Part shown: piece by piece, positions 38,299 through 48,024 of the stretch
How positions within the stretch are numbered: position 1 is the first letter of the stretch
How the letters are laid out: every line of letters starts with the position of its first letter
Source of the DNA: Vulcanimicrobiota bacterium
Lineage (GTDB): Bacteria; Vulcanimicrobiota; Vulcanimicrobiia; Vulcanimicrobiales; Vulcanimicrobiaceae
Assembly: GCA_963695225.1 (NCBI GenBank)
Contig: OY968762.1
Span: 1,888,001-1,952,000, forward strand
DNA: 64,000 nucleotides
Reading direction: 5' to 3'
Program-made: the position numbers and the translations under genes
The notes under the pieces: generated by a model
What the model saw: only the letters and a program-made list of their open reading frames with translations
Database searches by the model: none
What the model was told of the DNA's origin: nothing

Positions 38299-38991
38299 TT
38301 GGAAGCTATCATCCGTAGAATCGTCACGGCTGCCGCCGCGGCAACCCTCGCATGCGCCGCGCTCGCGGCGCCTTCGGTCGCCTCGACTGCTGCTCACCCC
38401 GAATGCGACGCCCGCTCCCATTCGTCGGATACGACCGGCCGTTGCGAGCTCGCCGCGGTCGCCACGCCCGCCGCAGTCGCCACGCCCGCCGCGGTCGCGA
38501 CTCCCGCCGCGGATTCGGCGCCGCTCGCTCCCGGGACGCAACTCACCGGAACGCTCGACCAAGAGCTGGCTTCGGCGTCGGCAAACGCCGGCGACGCCTT
38601 CACGCTTTCGGGCGTGCACACGCAAGATCTGACGCTCGCGGATGCGACGATCTTCGGCCACGTCGCACAGGTCGATCGCGCGGGTCAAGGCCGCCCGGGG
38701 AAGATCGCGCTCGCCTTCGACAAGGTCCGGCTGAAGTCGGGAGCCGTGTACTCGCTCGAAGGCGCGAACGCCGTCAAGCTCGAGGTCGATACGAAGAGCA
38801 ACGCGCTCAAGGAAGCCGGCGGCGTGGTCGGAGGCGGCATCGTCGGCAGAGTGCTCCTCGGGCGGCGCGCCGCCTTGGCCGCGGCCGCCATAGGGTACTT
38901 CGTCGCGAAGAACAACCGCGCGAACGTCACGATACCCAAGACCTCGACGGTCGTCGTGCAGGTCAGCCGAGCGCTAAGGCAGGCACAGTAG
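38299..38991 (+). CDS. Exported hypothetical protein (TrbI/VirB10-like beta domain with glycine zipper)
   Basis: GAGGAG RBS + TTG, signal peptide, low-complexity linker, GGVVGGGIVG. Confidence 0.65.
   Translation: MEAIIRRIVTAAAAATLACAALAAPSVASTAAHPECDARSHSSDTTGRCELAAVATPAAVATPAAVATPAADSAPLAPGTQLTGTLDQELASASANAGDAFTLSGVHTQDLTLADATIFGHVAQVDRAGQGRPGKIALAFDKVRLKSGAVYSLEGANAVKLEVDTKSNALKEAGGVVGGGIVGRVLLGRRAALAAAAIGYFVAKNNRANVTIPKTSTVVVQVSRALRQAQ
38452..38511 (+). repeat. 3.3 x 18-bp coding tandem repeat (AAVATP)
   Basis: gccgcggtcgccacgccc / gccgcagtcgccacgccc / gccgcggtcgcgactccc. Confidence 0.85.
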
Positions 38992-39032
38992 CGCTTCGAC
39001 CCTCCGCAACGCGTTCTAGGGCGGCGCCGGCG

Positions 39033-40331
39033 CTACTGCGCCCGCCGCCGGCGCCGCCCCGCCGGTGCGAACGCCGCCGCGGAGTCCGCGGAGCGCCTGC
39101 GCCCGGCCGGTTTCTCGAACGCGGCGCCGGCGTGCCGGCTCGCCGGAGCGGCGGGCCGGCGATGCGCGACCGGAAGGGCCGCGGCCTGGTTAGCTTGCAC
39201 CGGCGCGGCGGCCGGAAGCTCCGGGGTCTTCGAGCGATTCAGGCGCTTCCCGAGCGCGCGCTCGATCTGCGCGAAGTACTTCTCTTCGTCGGAGGCGACG
39301 AACGTGATCGCGTTCCCGGTCGCGCTCGCGCGGGCGGTCCGGCCGACGCGATGCACGTAGTCGTCGGGGACCATCGGGACGTCGAAGTTCACCACGTGCC
39401 CGAGCTCGACGATGTCGATCCCGCGCGATGCGATGTCCGTCGCGACGAGGACGCGATACTTCCCGCGCTTGAACTCCTCGATCGCGCGCCCGCGCTGCGC
39501 CTGCGAGCGGTTGCTGTGGATCCGCTCGACCGTCACGGCGTGCTTCTGCAGATGGGCGAAGAGCCGGTCGGCGCGCGCCTTCGTGCGTGTGAACGCGATC
39601 GCGCTGTAGATCGTGTTGTCCTTGAGGAGTTCGACGAGCAGGTCGTTCTTGCGTGACTGCTCGACGGCGTAAATCGTCTGCGTGATGCCGGCGGCGGGGC
39701 CCTTCGCCGGAGCGAGATCGATGCGCACGGGATCGCGCAGGAACTGGCCGGCGAGCGCCGCGATCTCGGCGGAGATCGTCGCGGAGAAGAGCATCGTCTG
39801 CCGTTCGGCGGTGAGCTCCCGCACGATGCGGCGGACGGCCGGCAGGAAGCCCATGTCGAGCATGCGGTCCGCCTCGTCGATCACGAGGAACGAGATGCCG
39901 GCGAGCGAGGCCGTCCGCTGCGTGAGGTGATCTTGCAAGCGCCCCGGCGTCGCGACGATGACGTCGGTCCCGCGCTTGAACGCCGCCGCCTGCGCGCCGA
40001 AGCCGACGCCGCCGTAGACGGCGGCGATGCGGACGCCGCTGTGCGCGGCGAGCGCCGTGAGGTGAGCGGCGATCTGAACGGCGAGTTCTCGCGTCGGCGC
40101 GAGGATCAACGCGCGGGTCTTCCCGCGCGGCAGATCGGCGAGCGCCTGCAGGAGGGGGAGGCCGAAGGCCGCTGATTTTCCGCTGCCCGTCGCGGCGCTC
40201 GCGAGGACGTCGCGTCCGGCGAGGGCCGGCGGGATCGCCGCCGCTTGCACGGGGGTCGGTACGGTGAAGCCGATCTCGCGGACCGCGCGCAGCAGCGCCG
40301 GTCGCAGACCAAGAGAGTCAAAAGTCGACAA
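39033..40331 (-). CDS. DEAD-box RNA helicase (RhlE-like)
   Basis: TGSGKS, PTREL, DEADRMLDMGF, SAT, HRVGRT. Confidence 0.95.
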   Translation of the reverse strand: MSTFDSLGLRPALLRAVREIGFTVPTPVQAAAIPPALAGRDVLASAATGSGKSAAFGLPLLQALADLPRGKTRALILAPTRELAVQIAAHLTALAAHSGVRIAAVYGGVGFGAQAAAFKRGTDVIVATPGRLQDHLTQRTASLAGISFLVIDEADRMLDMGFLPAVRRIVRELTAERQTMLFSATISAEIAALAGQFLRDPVRIDLAPAKGPAAGITQTIYAVEQSRKNDLLVELLKDNTIYSAIAFTRTKARADRLFAHLQKHAVTVERIHSNRSQAQRGRAIEEFKRGKYRVLVATDIASRGIDIVELGHVVNFDVPMVPDDYVHRVGRTARASATGNAITFVASDEEKYFAQIERALGKRLNRSKTPELPAAAPVQANQAAALPVAHRRPAAPASRHAGAAFEKPAGRRRSADSAAAFAPAGRRRRRAQ

Positions 40332-40603
40332 GGTGATCCGTCTTATGAAGAGCGCGCAACAGAACGCTCAAGACGAACGATCACGCTGGTGTAACGCGTC
40401 ATTATCGCACGCCCGCAGGCGCCCGTCAAACCGGCTCGCTTCACGGAGCGACCGCATGCTTGCCGCGATCGGCCGTCCGCGCGCTCTCCGGTTTCAACCG
40501 GTGGAATTGTGACGCAGCCCCTTCAGCGCCGCTAATGGCGCGCGCCGCCGCCGCCGATTTAAAGATGGACTGCTCTCCGACGACTGCGGGGCTACTCTTG
40601 TTT

Positions 40604-41830
40604 ATGCGCCATCTCGCCGCCTTGACACTCCTCGCGTCCCTCGGGCTCGCTGCAACGCCGGCGCTCCCCGCACGGGCCGACGACGGGACGATCGTGCTCG
40701 GCTCGCCGCTTTCGCTGAGCGGTTCGCTCTCGAACGAAGGGAAAGACGCTCAGGAAGGCCAGGATCTCTGGCTGAACTACGTCAATTCGCACGGCGGCCT
40801 GCGGGTCGGCGGAAAGACCTATAAGGTCCAGATCAAGTATTACGACAACGCGTCCGACGTCAAGCAGACCGCCGCGCTCGCGCAGAAACTGATCGACGAG
40901 GACCACGTCACTGCGATCCTCGGGCCGTATAGCTCGGCGCACACGATCGCCGCCGCACCCGTCGCCGAACGGCGCTCGATCCCGCTCATCAACAGCAGCG
41001 GCGCGGCCGATTCGATCAACAATCAGGGTTACCGCTATACGTTTTCGACGCTCTCGCCCGCGACGAAGCGGCTCGTCGGGCTGATCGAGTTCGCCTCGAA
41101 GCGGACGCCGAAACCCTCGTCGCTCGCGATCGCGGCCTCCAACGACGCGTTCTCGCTCGACGTACGCCGCGGCGTCATCGAGTCCGCGAACAACCACGGC
41201 ATCAAGGTGGTCTTCAGCGGCGTGTACTTGCCGGACGGCTCCGATATCGCATCGGTCGTCGCCCAGCTCAAGGCCGCGAACCCCGACATCGTCCTGAACG
41301 CGGGGCACGTCGAAGACGCGATCGCGTTCACGAAGCAACTCAAGCTACAGAACGTCGGCGCGAAAATCTACGGGTACGCGATCGGGCCGGACGTCCTCGG
41401 GTTCCGTCAAGCGCTCGGCAACGACGCGAACTACCTCTACAGCAGCGTGCAATGGTCCGACGCCGTCGGCTACGCCGGCGAAGCGGGATTCTACGCGACC
41501 GCGAAAGAGTATGCGCGCGCCTATGCGGCCGCGTACGGGCACGAACCTTCGTACATCGCGGCGCAGGCGACGGCGGGCTGCCTTGCGTTCCAATATGCAT
41601 TGCGCCGGGCGCGTTCGCTCGACGGCCCCGACCTTCGCGACGCGCTCGCGAACCTCGACGTCGTCACGTTCTTCGGCCTCCTGAAATTCGATCAGCGCGG
41701 CTCCAACGTGTTCAAGCCGAACGTGACGGTCCAGATCCAGAACGGCAGGCTCGTCACCGTCTATCCCAAGCGTTGGGCCGAAGCCGCGGCCGTGTATCCG
41801 GGCATTCCTTGGGCCACGGCGGCGCGCTGA
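40604..41830 (+). CDS. Amino-acid ABC transporter substrate-binding protein (LivJ/K-like)
   Basis: Signal peptide, SLSGS...YDNASD, LGPYSS, TFFGLLKFD. Confidence 0.88.
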   Translation: MRHLAALTLLASLGLAATPALPARADDGTIVLGSPLSLSGSLSNEGKDAQEGQDLWLNYVNSHGGLRVGGKTYKVQIKYYDNASDVKQTAALAQKLIDEDHVTAILGPYSSAHTIAAAPVAERRSIPLINSSGAADSINNQGYRYTFSTLSPATKRLVGLIEFASKRTPKPSSLAIAASNDAFSLDVRRGVIESANNHGIKVVFSGVYLPDGSDIASVVAQLKAANPDIVLNAGHVEDAIAFTKQLKLQNVGAKIYGYAIGPDVLGFRQALGNDANYLYSSVQWSDAVGYAGEAGFYATAKEYARAYAAAYGHEPSYIAAQATAGCLAFQYALRRARSLDGPDLRDALANLDVVTFFGLLKFDQRGSNVFKPNVTVQIQNGRLVTVYPKRWAEAAAVYPGIPWATAAR

Positions 41831-41835
41831 GCGGC

Positions 41836-44154
41836 ATGAAGTTACCGAAGGTCCAACTGCCCAAGCCCAAAGGCGCGAGGGCGGAAGGCCCCAAAACGGA
41901 CCCGGTCGCCGATCCGCCCAAACCGCAGAGTCCGGCGCCGGCGCCGAAGGACTCGCGCGACCCGAAAGCGTCCGGCGTGCTGGCCGCCGCACGCCCGCCT
42001 CGCAAGCTCGACGGCTCGCTCAGCCTGTTGCTCGTGCTCGCCGGTGCCCTCGCGTTCGCGTATTCGATCTATTGCGTCGTGCAACAGAACGCGCGGATCG
42101 CCGATCAGCAGGCGGCGAACGTCGTCAGCATCACGACGGCCGAGCGCCAACGAACGCTCACGCAGCGCATCGCGAAGGATCTCGTCCTCTTGCAGGCGGC
42201 CGCGCACGCTCGTAGATCCTCGGAACAACCCCGCGGCGAATTGTTCGAAGCGGCAGCGCTTTTCGGTTCCGCGCAGGACGCGCTCTTGAACGGAGGGCGC
42301 ACGCGCGACGCCGCCTCGGCGGAGGTCGCCGTCGCGAAAACGGTCGACCCGGCGGCGATCGGGCTCATCCAAGAGGGGAACGCCACCTGGAACGAACTCA
42401 AGCGCCGCATCGACCGCATCGCGGCGACCCGCGACAGCCTCGGCGCGATCGACGCCGCGGCCGCTTACGCGCTCGATACGAACGCGCGCCAGTTCGAGAA
42501 CGCGAACGCTCTCGCCAGCGCGATCGAAGACGCCGCCGCACGGAGCCTCCAGACGCTCGCGGCCGAACGGCTGCGTTTCTCCATCCTCGCCGGCATCGGC
42601 TTCATCGCAATCGTCGGCGGCCTGGGCCTGCGGTTGCGCGCCGGTCAGAAGGAAATCACGCGCTACGCCGGTGACCTCGAACGCGAGAAGCGCGGCGCCG
42701 ATCTCATCATGCAGACCGCGAGCGACGGCCTGCTGCTGATCGATTCCGATTTCAAGATCGGCGCGGACCACTCGCGCGTCCTGCAAGAGATGCTCGAGAC
42801 GCCCGATCTGGCGGGGCGCAATTTGATCGACGTCCTCCACGGGCGGATCACGGAGCGCATGGAGCGCGCGGGGCGCGAGTTCCTCCCGCTGCTCTTCGAT
42901 CCGTCCCACCGGGAGCGCACGGTGCTGCGCGTCAATCCCTACGACGAGCTCGAGGTCAGCTTTCCCGCTGAGGCGGGCGGGCTGCGGACGAAGATCCTCT
43001 CGTTTTCGTTCCGGCGCATCCTCGAAGGCGAGCGCGTCGGGCGCGTCTTCGTCGCGATCGCCGACGTCTCCGAACGCGTGACGTTTCAGCGCGAGCTCGC
43101 GGAGTCGGAACGGCGCAAGGAGCGACAGATCGAGTTCCTGTTCGCCGCGCTGCACGTCGAAGGCGCCGCGCTCGGCGATTTCCTGGATACGGCGCGTGAA
43201 AACGCGCGCGTGATCAACGAATCGTTGCGCGCCGAGGATTTCGTCCCCGGCACGAACCAGCAAGCGATGCTGCGCGAGCGCCTGAACTCGATCTTCCGGT
43301 CCGTGCACAGCATCAAAGGGAACGCCGCGTACCTCGGGCTCGAGCACTTCCAGACGCTCGCGGCCTCGTTCGAGACGAAGCTCGCGGAGCTGCGCTCCCG
43401 CCCGACGCTGGGCGGCGACGACTTCCTCGCGGTCGTCATCGCGAACGGCGCGCTCCAAGCCGACCTCGACGAGCTCGCGGTCGTGCTGGAAAAGTTTCCG
43501 GCGCTTCGCGGCGGGACGGCGCCGGCCTCGCAGACTGCTCGCGCGAACGGCGAGACGCCCGCGGCCGGATCGGCTACGCCGATCGTGGAGCGCGTTCGCT
43601 CGGTCGTCGCGGAGACGGGACGCCGCCTCGGGAAGACGGCGACGCTCGACGCCGCCGGCTTCGACGAAGCCTCGATTCCCGCATCCTTGCGCCCGGCCGT
43701 CGAGGACGTCCTCGTTCAACTCGCGCGCAACGGCATGGCGCACGGCATCGAGGGGCCCGGCGAGCGGTCCGCGCTCGGCAAGCCTCGCGAAGGGAAACTC
43801 GTCGTGACGTGCCGCGCGGCCGCCGGCGACGGCGTCGAGTTCGCGTTCACCGACGACGGACGCGGCCTCGATCCCGGCGCGATCCGCGCGCGCGCGGCCC
43901 AGATGGGCCTGTTCCCCGCCGGCGAGCTCGCAAAAATCGACGACTCGGAAGCGCTCGGGCTGATCTTCCGCTCCGGGTTCTCGACCGCAGAGAGCGGCGA
44001 CGGGCATCGCGGTATCGGATTGGACGTCATCAAGCAGCGCGTCGTCGCGGAGTGCGGCGGAGAAATCGGGATCCGCACTGAGCCCGGCGCGTTCACGTCG
44101 TTCTCGTTCAGCCTTCCGCTCCGTGCGCGCGAGCAGCAACGGGCGACGCCGTGA
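41836..44154 (+). CDS. Membrane sensor kinase: PilJ/NarX-like domain, PAS-like, Hpt, CheA-type HATPase, no CheW domain
   Basis: Two TM, RQRTLTQRIAK, FRSVHSIKGNA (Hpt), RNGMAHGIE, DDGRGL, IFRSGFST, GIGLD. Confidence 0.85.
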   Translation: MKLPKVQLPKPKGARAEGPKTDPVADPPKPQSPAPAPKDSRDPKASGVLAAARPPRKLDGSLSLLLVLAGALAFAYSIYCVVQQNARIADQQAANVVSITTAERQRTLTQRIAKDLVLLQAAAHARRSSEQPRGELFEAAALFGSAQDALLNGGRTRDAASAEVAVAKTVDPAAIGLIQEGNATWNELKRRIDRIAATRDSLGAIDAAAAYALDTNARQFENANALASAIEDAAARSLQTLAAERLRFSILAGIGFIAIVGGLGLRLRAGQKEITRYAGDLEREKRGADLIMQTASDGLLLIDSDFKIGADHSRVLQEMLETPDLAGRNLIDVLHGRITERMERAGREFLPLLFDPSHRERTVLRVNPYDELEVSFPAEAGGLRTKILSFSFRRILEGERVGRVFVAIADVSERVTFQRELAESERRKERQIEFLFAALHVEGAALGDFLDTARENARVINESLRAEDFVPGTNQQAMLRERLNSIFRSVHSIKGNAAYLGLEHFQTLAASFETKLAELRSRPTLGGDDFLAVVIANGALQADLDELAVVLEKFPALRGGTAPASQTARANGETPAAGSATPIVERVRSVVAETGRRLGKTATLDAAGFDEASIPASLRPAVEDVLVQLARNGMAHGIEGPGERSALGKPREGKLVVTCRAAAGDGVEFAFTDDGRGLDPGAIRARAAQMGLFPAGELAKIDDSEALGLIFRSGFSTAESGDGHRGIGLDVIKQRVVAECGGEIGIRTEPGAFTSFSFSLPLRAREQQRATP

Positions 44155-44507
44155 AGGTTCTGATCGTTGACGATTCAACGATCATTCGCCGCTCGATCGA
44201 GCGGACGATCGCCCACCGGGGTTACACGATCCGGACGGCGGCGAACGGACGCGACGCGCTCTCCGCTTTCACCGAGTTCGAGCCGGATTTCGTGACGATG
44301 GACATCACGATGCCGGAGATCGACGGGCTCACCTGCGCGACCGAGATGCTCAAACGCAGGCCCGGGGTTCGCATCCTCGTCATCTCCGCGCTCGGCGACA
44401 AGCTCACGGCGATCGAAGCGGTCAAACGCGGCGCCCGCGGCTTCCTGCTCAAACCGTTCACGCCGCAGATGCTCGATACCGAGGTCCGCGAGCTCTTCAT
44501 CGATTGA
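44151..44507 (+). CDS. Single-domain CheY-like response regulator
   Basis: IVDDS, MDITMP, FLLKPF. Confidence 0.93.
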   Translation: MKVLIVDDSTIIRRSIERTIAHRGYTIRTAANGRDALSAFTEFEPDFVTMDITMPEIDGLTCATEMLKRRPGVRILVISALGDKLTAIEAVKRGARGFLLKPFTPQMLDTEVRELFID

Positions 44508-44523
44508 CTGCCGGCTGGGAAGA

Positions 44524-45300
44524 CTACGGCGGCAGCGACGGAAGGGGAGCCGGCTCCGGGACCTGATCGGCGAACGTGGCGGACGGCAGCGAGCTCGGGA
44601 AGCGGTACGCGCTCCAGACGATCCGTTCGCTGACCGGCGCCCCTTTGGAGAGCGCGTCGATGCGCGCTTCGCGGATCATCCAATGCTTTTCGGCCGTCGC
44701 GAACAGCAGTTCCCCATGCCCGTGGACGCCGCCGGAGGACGAACGAAAGCGCAGCATCGCCGGCAGGTAGCTCGTGCCGTCGAGCGAGATCTCCTCGACC
44801 GTGAACGGCGCGGCAGTCCGCGCTTCGGTGCGATACCGGTAGAGAACGTGGTCCCCGCTCTTCGTGCTGCCCACGAACGTGAACGCGTAACGCTCCGGCG
44901 CCGGCGCGACCGCGGAGAGCGCATACCGGTCGACGGAGTCGTGCCGAATGCGGACGCGCGCAGGCTTCAAGCGCCGGCCGTCCTCCTCGATCACCTCGTC
45001 GCGCTGGTCGCGTCCGGCGCGATAGATGCGGTGCACCTGCGAGATGTTCGTCCCCCCGCTTTGCTCGACGCTGTATTCGAACGAAACGTACTTCGGCGCG
45101 GAATACACGTCGAGCATCTCGAGATAATGGGTCAGCACGCTCGCCGCCTTCGCCGAAGCAGCCGCCGCCGCAGCCGGCGACGGCGATGCCGGCTGCGAGA
45201 CGGCCATGCCGGAACGCGGCGCCGGAGCGGCGCCCAGCGGCGTCGCCCAGAGCAGGCCGGCGGCGAGCGCGAGCGCCGCGAGGGCGCGCGCGCCCATCAC
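44524..45300 (-). CDS. Exported hypothetical protein
   Basis: Signal peptide, beta-rich body; coupled to alaS stop. Confidence 0.65.
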   Translation of the reverse strand: MMGARALAALALAAGLLWATPLGAAPAPRSGMAVSQPASPSPAAAAAASAKAASVLTHYLEMLDVYSAPKYVSFEYSVEQSGGTNISQVHRIYRAGRDQRDEVIEEDGRRLKPARVRIRHDSVDRYALSAVAPAPERYAFTFVGSTKSGDHVLYRYRTEARTAAPFTVEEISLDGTSYLPAMLRFRSSSGGVHGHGELLFATAEKHWMIREARIDALSKGAPVSERIVWSAYRFPSSLPSATFADQVPEPAPLPSLPP

Positions 45301-47900
45301 GTGAGCTTGGTCTTGATCGCGCGCAGCGCCGCCTCGGCGCCCGCAACGTTCTTGCCGCCGCCTTGCGCCTGCGTCGCGCTGCCCCCGCCCTTCCCCTCGA
45401 TGAACGGTGCCGCGACGCGCAGCAGTTCGCCCGCGTGCACGCCGTTCTTGGCGAGATCGTTGCTGACGGAGATCAGGAGCGCGACGGAATCATCGTTGAT
45501 GCCGGCGAGCGCCACGATCCCGCTATGAAAGCGCAGCCGGATCGCCGCGTTGAGACGCGCCAGCATCTCCGCGCTCCCCTCCGGAACCATCGCCGCGACG
45601 ACCTTGTTCCCGCCGACCGTCTCGGCATGGTCGACGTACGTCCGCGCGAAGCTCGCGGCGAGCTTCGCGCGCGCCTCCGCCAGCGTCTTTTCGAGTTCGC
45701 GCACGTCGCCTTGCAGGCGGCCGACGCGGTCGGCGACTTCGTCCGGCTTCGCCGAGAGCGATTCCGCGAGCGTGGCGACGAGCGCCTGCTGATCGAGCGC
45801 GTAGGCCTCGGCAGCCCCGGAGACGATCCCCTCGATGCGCCGGATTCCGCTCCCGATCGAGGATTCGCTCAAGATGAAGAACATGCCGAGCTCGCCCGTC
45901 GAGATCGAGTGCGTGCCGCCGCAGAACTCGACCGAAGGGCCGGCGCTCACGACGCGCACGCGCTCGCCGTACTTCTCGCCGGGCATCATGTAGGCGCCCG
46001 TCTTGACCGCCTCTTCGAGCGGCAATTCCCGAGTCTCGAGATGATAGTCGGCGCGGATGATCTCGTTGACCCGCTGCGCGACGGCGCGCTGCTGTTCTCG
46101 CGTGACGGCGCCGCCGGGCGAACGGAAGTCGTAGCGCATGCGATCGACGCCGACCCACGAGCCCGCCTGCGCGATCTCATCGCCCAGGACGTCTTTGAGC
46201 GCGCGCTGCAGGAGGTGGGCCGAGGTGTGGTGCCGTCGGATTTCGCGGCGCCAGAGCGGATCTACCGCAGTCACGAGCGCGTCGCCGACCCTGAACGTCC
46301 CGGCCTTCACGACGCCGGCGTGCACGATCGCGTCGCCGACGAACTGCGTATCCTTGACCTCGAAGAGCGCGTCGCCGCACGCGATCGTGCCGCGATCGCC
46401 GATCTGGCCGCCCTTCTCCGCGTAGAACGACGTCGAGTCGAGGATCAACTGCGCTTGCGTCCCGAGACTCACTTCGTCGATCGAGGTTCCTTCAACCGCG
46501 ATCGCGACGAGCTTTCCGCCGCCCTCGAGACCGTCGTAGCCGGTGAACTCCGTCCGGATCGCGGGGAGATCCGTGACGACTACCGTCGCGCGCTTCTTGC
46601 GCGCATCCTCGCGCGCGCGTTCGCGCTGATCGCGCATCGCGTTCTCGTAACCGATCAAGTCGATCTGCACGCCCGCTTCGCTCGCGATCTCGCGCGTCAG
46701 CTCCGAAGGGAAGCCGAACGTATCGTGCAGCGTGAAGACGTCGCGCCCCGCGAGCGGAACGTCGTTCGCCTTGGCAGCTTCGATGAGCCCCGCAAGCATC
46801 TCGCTGCCGCGCTCGAGCGTCCGGTCGAAAGCCGCCTCTTCGCTCGCGAGCGCCTGCTCCACGGAGGTTTGCGCCGTCGCAAGGTCGGGATAGGCGATGC
46901 CGAGAGACGCGACGACGGCGGGGACGAGCCCGGTCAAGAAGCCGTTCGGATAGCCCAGAAGCCGGCCGTTGCGAATCGCGCGCCGCGTCAGGAAGCGCAG
47001 CACGTAGCCGCGATCCGTGTTGGACGGCACAACGCCGTCGGCCAACAGGAACGTGACGGCTCGCACGTGGTCGGCGATGATGCGCCGGCGCACGAGTTGC
47101 TCCGCTTCGGAGAGGGAGGTTTGACCGGTCGGCGGCAACGCCGCGATCAGATCGACGAACAGGTCGGTCTCGTACATCGAGGCTTTCCCGTTCGCGACCG
47201 CGAGCATCCGCTCGAAGCCCGCGCCCGTGTCGACGCCCTTACGGGGCAGATCGATCAGTTTGCCGTCCGCCGTCCGATTGTACTGTTGAAAGACGAGATT
47301 CCAGATTTCGACGAAGCGCGAACCTTGGTTCGGCCCGCGATCGTGCGGCCCGCTCGCGTTCTCCGGGCCCGTGTCGAAAAAGATCTCGCTGCACGGCCCG
47401 CACGGCCCCGTCGGGCCCATCGTCCAGAAGTTATCTTCGTCGAAACGCGTGATCTTCGAACTCGCGATCCCAACTTCGTATTCCCACAAACGCTGGGCTT
47501 CGTCGTCGGACGTGTGGACGGTCACGTAGAGTTTGCTCTCGTCGAGCTTCATCACTTGCGTGAGGAAGGCCCATGCGAACAAGATCGCTTCGCGCTTATA
47601 GTAGTCGCCGAAGCTGAAGTTCCCGAGCATCTCGAGGAACGTGCCGTGCCGTCCGGTGCGCCCGACGTTTTCGATGTCGCTCTTCGCGCCGGCGACGCGC
47701 AGGCACCGCTGCACGGTCACGGCGCGCGGGGACGGCGCCGCAACGTCACCGAGGAACACGGGGACGAATTGTTCCATCCCCGCGATCGTGAATAGCGTCG
47801 TCGACATTTCGTCGGGGATCAACGTCGCCGATGGAAGATGCCGGTGGCCGCGCGAAACGAAAAAGTCTACGAAGGCGGTGCGAAGTTCTTGACTGGTCAT
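45297..47900 (-). CDS. alaS: Alanine--tRNA ligase
   Basis: FTIAGMEQF, EMLGNFSFGDY, GPCGPCSE, HHTSAH, EFCGGTH, GKGGG. Confidence 0.98.
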   Translation of the reverse strand: MTSQELRTAFVDFFVSRGHRHLPSATLIPDEMSTTLFTIAGMEQFVPVFLGDVAAPSPRAVTVQRCLRVAGAKSDIENVGRTGRHGTFLEMLGNFSFGDYYKREAILFAWAFLTQVMKLDESKLYVTVHTSDDEAQRLWEYEVGIASSKITRFDEDNFWTMGPTGPCGPCSEIFFDTGPENASGPHDRGPNQGSRFVEIWNLVFQQYNRTADGKLIDLPRKGVDTGAGFERMLAVANGKASMYETDLFVDLIAALPPTGQTSLSEAEQLVRRRIIADHVRAVTFLLADGVVPSNTDRGYVLRFLTRRAIRNGRLLGYPNGFLTGLVPAVVASLGIAYPDLATAQTSVEQALASEEAAFDRTLERGSEMLAGLIEAAKANDVPLAGRDVFTLHDTFGFPSELTREIASEAGVQIDLIGYENAMRDQRERAREDARKKRATVVVTDLPAIRTEFTGYDGLEGGGKLVAIAVEGTSIDEVSLGTQAQLILDSTSFYAEKGGQIGDRGTIACGDALFEVKDTQFVGDAIVHAGVVKAGTFRVGDALVTAVDPLWRREIRRHHTSAHLLQRALKDVLGDEIAQAGSWVGVDRMRYDFRSPGGAVTREQQRAVAQRVNEIIRADYHLETRELPLEEAVKTGAYMMPGEKYGERVRVVSAGPSVEFCGGTHSISTGELGMFFILSESSIGSGIRRIEGIVSGAAEAYALDQQALVATLAESLSAKPDEVADRVGRLQGDVRELEKTLAEARAKLAASFARTYVDHAETVGGNKVVAAMVPEGSAEMLARLNAAIRLRFHSGIVALAGINDDSVALLISVSNDLAKNGVHAGELLRVAAPFIEGKGGGSATQAQGGGKNVAGAEAALRAIKTKLT

Positions 47901-48024
47901 GCCCGGTTGCACTTCCGGGGAATCGGGAGTTTTGCCTCGCCCGGGCGGCGCGGAGTTTGGGACGAGCAGATGCATGATGCTCTAGGTATCGGCCCCAGGC
48001 GAGCCGGGCTTCGTGCGAGCCTGC

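Noticed and set aside
38452..38511. Repeat as CRISPR array
   Set aside because: No spacers; in-frame 18-bp coding repeat; no cas genes in the window
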